Below are positions 11,297 through 21,491 of a stretch of DNA of 64,000 nucleotides, in pieces. The notes beneath the pieces were generated by a model that saw only the letters and a program-made list of their open reading frames with translations, searched no databases and was not told the DNA's origin. The position numbers were made by a program, and so were the translations under genes. The stretch's first letter is position 1, and the number at the start of each line of letters is the position of its first letter. This DNA is from Takakia lepidozioides (lineage: Eukaryota > Plantae > Bryophyta). The DNA is taken from positions 51,336,001 through 51,400,000 of the forward strand of contig CM060732.1 of NCBI GenBank assembly GCA_030704615.1, read 5' to 3'.

Positions 11297-13771
11297 TCAC
11301 CAGTATTCCCCACAAGAACAAACTCCATGTTGGAAGTGATGAAAGCGGTTAGCATCACGTACAACTAGAATTCGCCCAACAATCTTTGACATGAACCTGG
11401 TAGCTGTGTGGCAGTCACCACACACCCGAAGGTTCTTGATGACACGAAGAGGTGTCCCAGGGGCTGTGTTAATTAGCCCAAAGGCAATGGCCAGCCTCTC
11501 ACTGTGGTGGCAAAGAGAAAACTCCTTTTGCTCGTCCCCAACATCATGCAATACAAACCGCGTGTCAGGAAAGTACCCAGCCTCCTTCATATGACCAGAC
11601 AATCTCTTCAGCTCAGCATGGATTTCCTCAATTTGGGGATGCAATTTATCGTCTACAACAAATGTATTCAAGCAGTTGTCAACCTCAATGCAGCAGCGAC
11701 CTGCTTCCTTTTTGACACACCTGTCTGTCATCATTCTCCTCACCTTTGCGGTATCATCCCACCTGCCAGCCGCAGCATAGATGTTGGAGAGTAGCACATA
11801 AGTCGCAGGATCCTGTGGATCACACTCGAGAAGGCGTTTTGCCGCACGTTCTGCAACCTCCACATTGCCATGGATTCTGCAGGCAGCAAGCAAGGACCCC
11901 CACACTGCAGCCTGAGGTTTGATTGGCATTTTGTTAATGAAGTCCTCTGCCTCATACAATCGCCCTGAACGACCAAGAAGGTCTGCCATACAGCCAAAAT
12001 GCTCCACTGTAGGGGTTAGGCCAAGGGTACGACTCATACAATCAAAGTAGTGACAGCCTTCGTCCACTAGACCCATGTGGCTACATGCAGAGAGAAGGCA
12101 TATGAAGGTGATAGCATTTGCCTTCAACCCTTCCAGTTGCATTTGTTGAAACAGTTGCAGGGCTTCCATACCACAACCATTCTGAGCGTATCCTGCAATC
12201 ATCACATTCCATGAGATCACATCTCGTTCAGAAATACTGTTGAACACTCGACGTGCAGCCTTTACACTCCCACATTTGGCATACATGTCAACAAGGGTGT
12301 TCTCCAGAATAATATCTGGCTCAATTCCAGTTTTCATGATGTCAGCATGAACCTCTATGCCCTTCTCCAGGGCAGCCAAGGTGGCACATGCATTGAGAAT
12401 GCAAATGAATGTGACTTTGTTGGGTGTTACTCCTTCCCTTGTCATTTGCTCATAGATATCAAAGGCCTCCCTGCCAAACCCATGCTGAGCGTACCCTCCG
12501 ATCAATGCACTCCATGAGACCACATTTGGCTTCAAACCTTCCTGTTGCATTTGTTCAAATAGTTGCAGGGCCTCCCTACCACACCCATGCTGAGCATACC
12601 CAGCAATCATTGCGGTCCATGAAACCACATCTCGTTTAATCATATTGTCAAACACTTCATGAGCATTCTTCATACTTCCGCATTTGACATACATGTCAAC
12701 AAGACTGTTCTCCAAAATGATATCTGGCTCAATTCCAACCTTGATGATATTAGCATGGACCTCTATGCCCTTTTCTAGGGCTGCAAGACTAGCACATGCC
12801 TTGAGAACACAAGTGAATGTAACACTATTGGGCATCAGCCCCATACGTAACATTTGCTCATAGATCTCAAAAGCCTCCCTACCACACCCATGCTGAGCAT
12901 ACCCTGCAATCATTGCACTCCATGAGACCACGTTTCGTTGTGCCATATTGTCAAACACTTCACGAGCATCCATTATGCTCCCACATTTGGCATACATGGC
13001 AACGAGGGCAGTGTCCAGGATGATATCTGGAGCAACTCCGGATTTGCAGATGTCAGCATGGACTTGTCTGCCCTTGTCCACAGCTGCCAGGCTGGCACAT
13101 GCACTGACAACAGAAGTGAACGTGACCTTGTTGGGTATCACCCCTTCCCATTTCATTTTCTCATAGAGCTTCAAGGCCTCCCTACCACACCCATGCTTGG
13201 CATATCCTGCCATTATTATATTCCATGTAAGCACATTCCGTACAGGCATATGGTCAAACACTAGGCGTGCATCCAGAACACTTCCACACTTGGCATACAT
13301 GTTGACAAGCGTGTTCAGTAGAAGGATATTTGGTTTGTGGGCACTCTGGATAATGTGGGCGTGCAACTGCTTTCCCACTGACAAGTCCTTCATTTTACTG
13401 CACTCCTGCAGAAGGCAGACATAGACATTGGAGTCTGCTGAAATGCCTTGTTGGTTCAAAATCTGCAGTGCTTCTTTCAGTTGTCCAGTCTTGCATAGTA
13501 TCTTTACATCCCAACCGTTGGAAGAAGAATTCTTATTGAATCCCTTTGGTGGTCCTCTCTCAAAAGTAGTGGTCATGGTGGAGATGCCCGATACAACCAA
13601 AAGTGCCTGACTCAACCCTGCCATACTGTATGACCAAAACTTTAAAGTTACAATCTTGACACAGGAACAAAAAATATATCCCAACGCTCCAAATTCTTCA
13701 AAGAAAAGTTTCCTGATGAGGACAGGTTCCTTCAACCTATGACCAGTTTGTTGGTTACCCTTCCCCATCAC
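11297..13771 (-). CDS. PLS-class pentatricopeptide repeat protein with E1/E2 and DYW deaminase domain (organellar C-to-U editing factor)
   Basis: 824-aa intronless ORF with repeated P-L-S motifs (LVNMYAKCGS..ARxVFD, VVSWxAMIAGYAQHG, PNxVTFxxVLxACA). Zinc motifs HSERLA and CGDCH are present, and the protein ends CSCGEYW. The true start codon is uncertain (13771 or 13624). Confidence 0.97.
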   Translation of the reverse strand: MMGKGNQQTGHRLKEPVLIRKLFFEEFGALGYIFCSCVKIVTLKFWSYSMAGLSQALLVVSGISTMTTTFERGPPKGFNKNSSSNGWDVKILCKTGQLKEALQILNQQGISADSNVYVCLLQECSKMKDLSVGKQLHAHIIQSAHKPNILLLNTLVNMYAKCGSVLDARLVFDHMPVRNVLTWNIIMAGYAKHGCGREALKLYEKMKWEGVIPNKVTFTSVVSACASLAAVDKGRQVHADICKSGVAPDIILDTALVAMYAKCGSIMDAREVFDNMAQRNVVSWSAMIAGYAQHGCGREAFEIYEQMLRMGLMPNSVTFTCVLKACASLAALEKGIEVHANIIKVGIEPDIILENSLVDMYVKCGSMKNAHEVFDNMIKRDVVSWTAMIAGYAQHGCGREALQLFEQMQQEGLKPNVVSWSALIGGYAQHGFGREAFDIYEQMTREGVTPNKVTFICILNACATLAALEKGIEVHADIMKTGIEPDIILENTLVDMYAKCGSVKAARRVFNSISERDVISWNVMIAGYAQNGCGMEALQLFQQMQLEGLKANAITFICLLSACSHMGLVDEGCHYFDCMSRTLGLTPTVEHFGCMADLLGRSGRLYEAEDFINKMPIKPQAAVWGSLLAACRIHGNVEVAERAAKRLLECDPQDPATYVLLSNIYAAAGRWDDTAKVRRMMTDRCVKKEAGRCCIEVDNCLNTFVVDDKLHPQIEEIHAELKRLSGHMKEAGYFPDTRFVLHDVGDEQKEFSLCHHSERLAIAFGLINTAPGTPLRVIKNLRVCGDCHTATRFMSKIVGRILVVRDANRFHHFQHGVCSCGEYW

Positions 13772-16700
13772 AAAATGAAGGTGCGCACTTCCAACAATTA
13801 TGCCAACTCGGACACCTTACAAAACGAGTCCTTATATGCAAGAACCACACTTAAGAGCTCTGTTCACCTTCACATTGACAGAAAGTTACAACATAAAGAT
13901 TTCTATAGAACTCCCCTTGTGCAAGTAACATCCCATCCCTCACCTCCCAGCTAACATGCAGGTTTTCTGCTCCATTTCAGTCTACTATGCTATGGGTGGC
14001 TCACTGTCTCCACTCATGAGAATATCTAAAGGGAGTAGAAGGTACAATGCAACTAACCGAGCAAGATCGTGACTTTGGGTGATCTGCATCTGGAAAAGAG
14101 AAGGGATTTCCATGCTGGAAGCTAATTGGTGCAACTCCACCACGGCTCGCCATAAATTTCCCCCCGGCTGCTTCCAGCTTCTCAAATAAACCATGTACCC
14201 ACGCAGATTTCTTGCAGCTATCAGACAACAGTGCCCCGTAGACACTCTTCTTTTCGCAATCTGGTCTTGTAGGATGGACCTGCATCCTCATTGCTTCCCT
14301 GCCTCCGTCAGCTATCCTGGCCTCTATAGTAATGCATAGAGCCGAGTAATCCCCACAACATAAACCTCGTCCTTCTGTCTACTACTGTCTGCTGCCGGCC
14401 CGCGATTGGGTTCTGACCTGGGGACAATCAGAATGCCATGCAGTTTGAAAAATCCAGGGGCCAACACCAGCGTTCACCTCGACACCGCCATCACTTGCAC
14501 CAACACCACTTCCACATGCCCCCAGTTCTGATATCCCCAAACAACCTGAGGAGCGGCCAGTCCTCCCCCTCCCTCAGGCCTCCTGCAATGATCAGCACAT
14601 GTGCGACCGGACAACAACAACGCAACTCCAGTCAGCACCCGTGGTACACTCGAACTCAAACCAACCAAGAGTCGTTGTGCTCCGGAGACCTTCCACCGAA
14701 GTGCATGGACGCCCAATGCTATTCACCTCCCCGCCTGGCTCTCCACCCCGCGTTCAAGAGAGAGTTCAAGAGCTTCCCCCTTCTTCTTCTGGGAGATCCA
14801 ATTTGCCAGCTCCCCCAGTTATTCCACCTGCTCCATCAGTGCCGCCATCGACATCCAATCAAGCTTCTCCAGGTGATGACCGCATTCCTTGTCCTGCTTG
14901 TGGACAACCATTTGCTCGGATCATAGGCCTTGCCCGCCATCAACGCACCTGTTCAGCTTTTCGGCCGTCCCACCATGACGGTTCTTCTCTATCCATCCCT
15001 GTACATGCGTCACCCACTCCTCCTCCTGCCTCTGCATGGGTTTGGCTCTCCACTCTAGATGTCCTCGGCGCTTTTCATCTGGGATTGCCTAGGCCTCGCC
15101 TCTATACACGGATCCCGTTGGCGCTAAGACAAGAGGTTCAACACGCTCTTCGCATGTCTATGGACAGTCTATCATGCTGATATCCCGGCTTGGCATCTTC
15201 TCTTGCTCTTTGCCCAGTGGTGTATGGTCTTGCCCCCATGCGGTGGTGATGCTGGTCATAGAGAAACACGCATCCATCTCCACCGTTTTCTATATGGGGA
15301 TTGGGAGTGTCAAACGGCTTGTCTCTACCCACAAACGGCTTCGACACAATCTATTGTTGGGTCGTGTCGGTGAGTACTCACGTACAGCGCGTGCCCTGGC
15401 ACCTTTCACTTATGTACCACCTTCTTCAAACACTGTCGCTGCTTTAGAGGCCCTTCATCCCCCATATGAGCACATTCTTCCAGTTCTTGTCGATGATTTT
15501 GAGCCGGATCAAGATCTCCATCTAGATCATGACATCTTCACCAAGGCTTTTACACGCAGTCCACATCTCTCTGCAGTTGGCCTGTCTGGTTTGTTGTATG
15601 AACATATGCGCGACTACTTCAATCCCCAAGACTCTGCTAGTGGCTTCGCCCAACTCTTTCAGGTTTGTTCTCATATTACCAGTGGTCGCATACTTGCTTC
15701 ACTGGCACGCCTCCTTGGGGCATCACGACTCTTGGTTATGTCCAAACACACCAGTCCTAGCATACGTCCTATTGCCGTGGGGGAAGTCATCTACCGTCTG
15801 GTTAGCCGTTCTATCTGCCTTCAGTATCGAGATGCATTCTCCGCCCACCTCTTTCCACATCAGTTCGGCGTTGCCACTCCAGGAGGCTGTGAAGCTGTTG
15901 TACACGAGATCCGCGCCACACTTGACCTTCACCCTGACTGGGTTGTCCTTCAAGTCGATGTCAGCAACGCCTTCAACACTGTTTCACGCGCTGCCATCTT
16001 TCAAGAGCTCCGTTCTGTTGGAGGTGATTTTCATCAGCTTATCCCTTTTGTCAGACTGTTCTATACGTCTGGCGTTCCCCTCTTTTACAGTCACCATTCT
16101 CACATAGGCGACTACAGTCATTTCATCACGCAATTGCACTCTGTGGGCTCTCCGTTCAACCTCGCAAGTGTGTCTGTGGTCTCCATCCGGTTTACCATCT
16201 GGCTTTTCGCCACCTGCCCATTTTCTCACACCATCTGACGGCATCCGGATCTTGGGCGTTCTTTTTGGCACCACCTCATTCATTTCAACTTTCCTGGAAG
16301 ACGCACTTCAACAGGACATCTCCCATTCTGAGCTCCTTCCTAGGCTTGGGGATCTACAGGTCGCTTATGGTATTCTCACAAGGTGTTTCATTCAACGACC
16401 GTCATACATTTTACGGTCTTTTCCACCTACCGCTGAAAACCTGCAGTCTCTGTCGTAGTTTGATGCTCACATTATGGGGGTTTTTGGTCGTTTACTGGGG
16501 CCCGGTGCTCTGGATGGTTCCCAAGGGGATTTACCTCGGCAACAAGCCACACTTGTGTCCGCTGGCGGAGTGGGTCTACTCTCCACTGCCACCACTGCTC
16601 CTTGTGCTTTCCTTGGCAGTTGGGCTCTAGTTGCTCCAGCCCTTGCGTCCCGATTTATATGTACCAGCGGCCCCTACTCATGGATAGCATTGCTCACATG

Positions 16701-18011
16701 GATAACAGTTCACTCTCATTCCAACAACATCTTTGATCTGCACGAGACCTTCTTCATCCATCAATGCGGGCTTGCCTTCCGCCATTTGAGCAGCTGGTTA
16801 CTCAGGGCTTGGACCATCTCCAGGAGACCGTCGTGGATCGCGTGCACCAACAGACCTTTTCTAGCATGCTTTCTAATGCATCTTCTGATGTGCATCGTGC
16901 CAGGCTCTTATCTTGCACAGGACCAGGGGCGGGTGCGTGGCTTATCGCAAGACCCACTATCACACCGTTTCGCTTGTCGTCTCCAATCTTTGCCACGGCT
17001 CTCCGCATTCGTCTTGGTTTACCACATCCTTCTATGCTTGGCTTACAACGCTGTGTTTGTCACCAACCCATCGATCCACTTGTTGTTCATCTCCTTCGTT
17101 GTCCATGTGGAGGAGATCGTACAGCAACCCATGATGTTGTGCGGGACGTCGTCGCCTCTGTTGCTCGAGAGGCTGGATTCCATGTACTGCGGGAGCAAAC
17201 TCACATGCTTCCCTCTCGTACGCCTCAGTCCACTCATCGGCGAGTTGACATCGTCATATCTCGAGATGGTTTGTGCACCCTTGCAGATGTTGTCATTGCC
17301 GATCCCACTCGATCCGACTTACTTTCTCGCTCGGCCTCTTCCCAAGGCATTGTCGCTTTGATTGTTGCACAAACCAAGCAACGAGACTATCAAGACCGTC
17401 ATCCCACAGATGCGTTCCTTCCACTGGCTGTGGAGATCTTTGGATGTCTTCATCGTCAGTTTGACGACTTTCTTCGTACTTGTGCTCATCATGCTACTAA
17501 GAACAAGATCAATGGCATTCCCTATGGGGGGATGCTATTCTATGAGCAGATCCCGCGAGCAGAAAATTCCGTGAGCAGAAATCTGTTCACGCTTTAGGAT
17601 CTGCCCTATAACCGCGGACGCCTACTCGACTTAGAAGACCTATTACTACGCAGAGTGGCCAGTACTACAAGCTCGGTTATGGATGTTGCTGGGATGAATG
17701 AGGGATGAATGGCGGATGAATGAGACATGGATGAATTAAATAAATGTAATAATACAAAGTTGTTCTATAGTAGAAGCTCCGAAATCCCCCGAGCTCCGAA
17801 ATCCTTTAAACCATGCTAGTCTTGCTTGCAAATCAATTGTGAAAGTGCAGTGTATATTGTCAACAATGAATCCACGTTGCTTTGTTGATTGAGGAGGGGT
17901 TACTTGTCATTTTTCCAGGTATCCAAGGTTGAGAGAGATGCTCACACCCAAATCTAAAGAAGGCAGAGAGGTGAACTCGTGCTTTATAAATAAACGTTTC
18001 AAAACATGTAT

Positions 18012-20345
18012 TGGGAATTAAGATTTCGTTGCCGACACCTTAATCCCCAGCACCTGGACACACCGCCTTACCGCCAATGCTTGTTCGCCATCAGATTTTT
18101 TGGGGTTTTTGGTTTTTCCATGAATTGTCATGTGCCAACTCGTACTAGGAATTAAGATGTCGTTGACGACACCTTAATTCCCAGCACCTGCACACACACC
18201 GCCTTACCGCCAAGGCTTGTTTGCCATCAGATTTTTTTGGGTTGAAATTTTTTGGGTGAATGTTTTTGGGGTTTTTGGTTTTTCCATGAATTGTCATGTG
18301 CCAACTTGTACTGGAAATTAAGATGTCGTTGACGAAATCTTAATCTAGCACATTCGGGAGGAAATAAATAAATAAAAATAAAACAACGTTTTTTTTTTTT
18401 TTTTTTTTTGGGGGAAAACTTGCTGGGAATTAAGATGTCATTGACGACACCTTAATCCCAAGCCCCTGCGCACACACCGCCTTACCTCCAAGGCTTGTTC
18501 GCCATCAGATTTTTTTGGGTTGAAATTTTTTGGGTGAATTTTTTGGGATTTTTGATTTTTCCATGAATTGTCATGTGCCAACTCGTACTAGGAATTAAGA
18601 TGTCGTTGACGACACCTTAATCTGGCACATTTGGGAGAGGGGGGGGGGGAAAAAAAAAAAAAAAAAAAAAAAAAAATGTTTTTGGAAAACTTGCTGGGAA
18701 TTAAGATGTCGTTGACGACACCTTAATCCCAAGCCCCTGCACACACACCGCCTTACCGCCAAGGCTCTTCGCCATCAGATTTTTTTGGGTTGAAATTTTT
18801 TGGGTGAATTTTTTTGGGGTTTTTGGTTTTTCCATGAATTGTTGTGTGCCAACTCGTACTGGGAATTAAGATGTCGTTGACGACACCTTAATCTAGCACA
18901 TTCAGGGGGGGAAAAAAAATGTTTTTTTTTTTTTTTTGAAAACTTGCTGGGAATTAAGATGGCGTTGATGACACCTTAATCCCAAGCCCCTGCATACATA
19001 TGCTTACCGCTAAGGCTTTTCCCTAGGTTGAATTGTCATGTGCCAACAGGAGCTCGGAATTAAGTTGGCATTGACGCCACCTTAATGTCTATTTCTCTGC
19101 ATATAAATGCTTATCGGTAAGATTTTTTGGAATCATTTCTTTCTTTCATGGGTTGAATTGTCATGTGCTAACAACAGGGACTGCGAATTAAGCTGGCGTT
19201 AAGGACAGCTTAACGCCTATTTCCCTGCGTACATGCTGATCGGTAAGGATAAATGTTGCATCAGTCATCCATGGTTCATTCATCAGGCCAATTTTTCATC
19301 CCGGGAGTCCAGGCCTCACAAGTTTTGGTTTGCCCTGATGACATTCAGCGTTGTGTGATGAGGACTTGTCGGGATTCAGTCATCACTAAGCCTCAAATTC
19401 CAGCCGTGTGGCCAGTGAAGGTGAGAACGTGTCTGTCGAAGCAAGAAAATTGCAATGCTGGAGGATGTCGGGTTTCATCTTCCAAGAGGCCCAACTGTCA
19501 TAACACCAGTTTCTTGTCGGGGTTTGCAATACGCATTCCCCCCACATCTACGACATGGGAACGACTGGCCTACAAAACGAAATGGAAAAGTGGTCCGTCG
19601 TGTTGAGGCAGGTCCTGAAAACCAGTGCAAAATTGGGTCAGCAAAAACCCTGCAGTGTCGGGTGACCCAAGTTGTCTAATGTCCCCCCACCAAGCTATGG
19701 GCGGGTGTACATTATGGTGACGTCAGGTTCTGTTGTTCACGACAAGACTTAGGTAACTGTTGGGAATTTTCCAAATTGCACATGCCCGGACTTCCAGAAC
19801 ACGTTATCAAGCTCTATTGGAAAGAGACCCAAATTTGTATCGTGTAAACACCTACACTACATCTACATTTACATGATGTTTTGTGATCCTCACCGAGACA
19901 CGTGCATTCACCAATGTACAATGGGTCCCACTGATGTTCATACACTTCTACAGCGAGATAGGATTACTGAAATGTGAGGGTTTATGAAGGAGTTCAATTC
20001 TTTGCCAATGACTTCACTTTGTTCAATGTAATGAATACATCCATTTATCTTTTGGGTGAATTTTTTTTTCGGGTGAATTATTTTGGGGTTGTTGGTTTTT
20101 CCATGAATTCTTACGGCAACACGTACTAGGAATTAAGATGTCGTTGACGACACCTTAATCCCCACCACCTGCACACACACCGCCTTACCGCCAAGGCTTC
20201 TTCGCCTTGAAAGTTTTTTGGACTGAAATTTTTTGGTTAGTATTATTGGAAAAAAAAAATTCGGGGATTTTGGTTTTTCCGTGAGTTGTCATGTGCCAAC
20301 TTGTACTGGGAATTAAGATGTCGTTGACGACACCTTAATCCCGAG
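18012..20345. repeat. Array of about 12 palindromes of about 35 bp, GGGAATTAAGATGTCGTTGACGACACCTTAATCCC
   Basis: Copies near 18013, 18148, 18312, 18425, 18591, 18695, 18861, 18949, 19056, 19185, 20129 and 20308. The spacers themselves recur as two alternating types. Confidence 0.92.
19330..19977 (+). pseudogene. Remnant of MULE transposase C-terminus with SWIM zinc finger
   Basis: TVGNFPNCTCPDFQNTLSSSIGKRPKFVSCKHLHYIY..CIHQCTMGPTDVHTLL parallels TIGVEPTCNCTDF..YPCKHLYYIY..FIHAPALSVNELHKLL in the MULE-2 transposase. Confidence 0.8.
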
Positions 20346-21099
20346 CACCTGCACATACACCATAGTTCATTTATGTCGCTTATTTTTCATCCAAAAATCA
20401 TCCAACATTCATCCATTCCCTTTTTCATTCATCTCAAAACCATTCATCCGACAGTTTTTCATCGCACATTCGTACCATATGGTCGTCACCCAACAAGGAT
20501 TCTTCCGTCGGATGGGGTGGAGATTGCGTCCGTGCAGTGCAGTTTTTGTCCACGCAATAGGCTCTCTTCTTCCCTCCGTTGTAGGCTCTCATTCACTAAT
20601 CTGCTCACGCTTGCAACCTGCTCACGCTTAAGGGATTCTGCTCACGTTCACCACTTAAAGCGTGAGCGTACTCATGTGAGCTGCTCACACAGTAGCTACC
20701 ATCTTCCCCATGCTTCTGTCTTCGTTGCTTTCTATAGACAACGGGTTTCTGTAGCACTACAGAGGGCACAGGCTATGTCCATCTTGAATCGGGCTACTGT
20801 AGCTGGCATGGCTTCGTCTCATCTTTCTATTCTTCCCGATGTCACACCCATTTCTTTGTCTGATGTCATTAGGCAGTTGGATGGGATGATCACTCGGTTT
20901 GATTAGCTTGATATGTTTTTTTTTTCAATTCTTTATGTTAACTCTTCCCTTGCTATGGGAACTTTCCATACTTTGTACAGTTACCTCATGTCAGTTTGTA
21001 AATAAAAGCTTTGCAGGGTTTCATCATTAGCAAGGGCCTACTATCCTTCGATATGGTCTACCAAACACATTATTATTATTACAAATACGAAAAAAAAGG

Positions 21100-21490
21100 G
21101 CCCGGGGATGGACTCAGGCCCTGTAAATCATATTACCACCCCAAGTTTTGCGTGGGCCCTATCCATTAAGTGATGGTGCAAGAGTTAAAAAGGGGCTACA
21201 TAGTGAGGCATAGAGGGATTTGAAGAAATAAGAGTTCTTGCAAGGAGGTCCAGAAACAAAAACCGTTAGGCTATAAGATATTAAAAGGCGGATGGTTGAT
21301 GGACGTCAACTTGGGATATGGCAACGATGTGTGTCATGGTGAGGGGTTGTATAGAAACAGCGAAGAAACAGGTTGCAGGGAGAATGCATAAGAAGAATGA
21401 GAGAAAGTTTTCTATAAACAAGATGGCGATCCTGAAGACGATAGCACAAAAGATAGGAGCTGCGTAGGACGAAGAGAAGATCTAGACAAG
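21100..21490 (-). mobile_element. Degenerate 3' fragment of a second CRE-like LINE
   Basis: The minus strand reads LVYRKLSLIL..PCNL..HDTHRCHIPS, weakly parallel to FYRQRVSVALQRAQA..PDVTPISLSD of the upstream LINE end. Confidence 0.4.
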
Positions 21491-21491
21491 A

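Larger units (their letters stand above)
17527..20703 (+). mobile_element. Non-autonomous Mutator-like DNA transposon, 3177 bp
   Basis: Imperfect TIRs: GGGGGATGCTATTCTATGAGCAG on the left and CTGCTCACACAGTAGCTACCATC on the right. 9-bp TSD TTCCCTATG (17518-17526) and TTCCCCATG (20704-20712). Removing the element restores the LINE frame (GIP[Y/H]ASVFVAFYRQ). The TIR resembles that of MULE-1/2. Confidence 0.88.
14599..21000 (+). mobile_element. Degenerate CRE-like non-LTR retrotransposon (RT plus restriction-like endonuclease), interrupted at 17527-20703
   Basis: N-terminal zinc finger CPACGQPF..LARHQRTC. RT motifs IRPIAVGE, QFGVATPGGCE, QVDVSNAFN. CCHC motif CVC..HLLRC..THD followed by RVDIVI..ADVVIADP..K..FLPLAVEIFG. 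The ORF resumes after the insertion as ASVFVAFYRQRVSVALQRAQA. Frameshifts and stops are present, and the QGDPL/YxDD segment is missing near 16110. Outer boundaries are approximate. Confidence 0.88.

Noticed and set aside
13985-14330. Short ORFs upstream of the PPR gene as possible extra exons
   Set aside because: No recognisable motif or convincing splice phase; left unannotated.
18012-20345. CRISPR-like array of palindromic repeats of about 35 bp
   Set aside because: Spacers are 70-130 bp and themselves repeated, no cas genes are present, the context is eukaryotic, and the array lies inside a TIR/TSD-bounded transposon.
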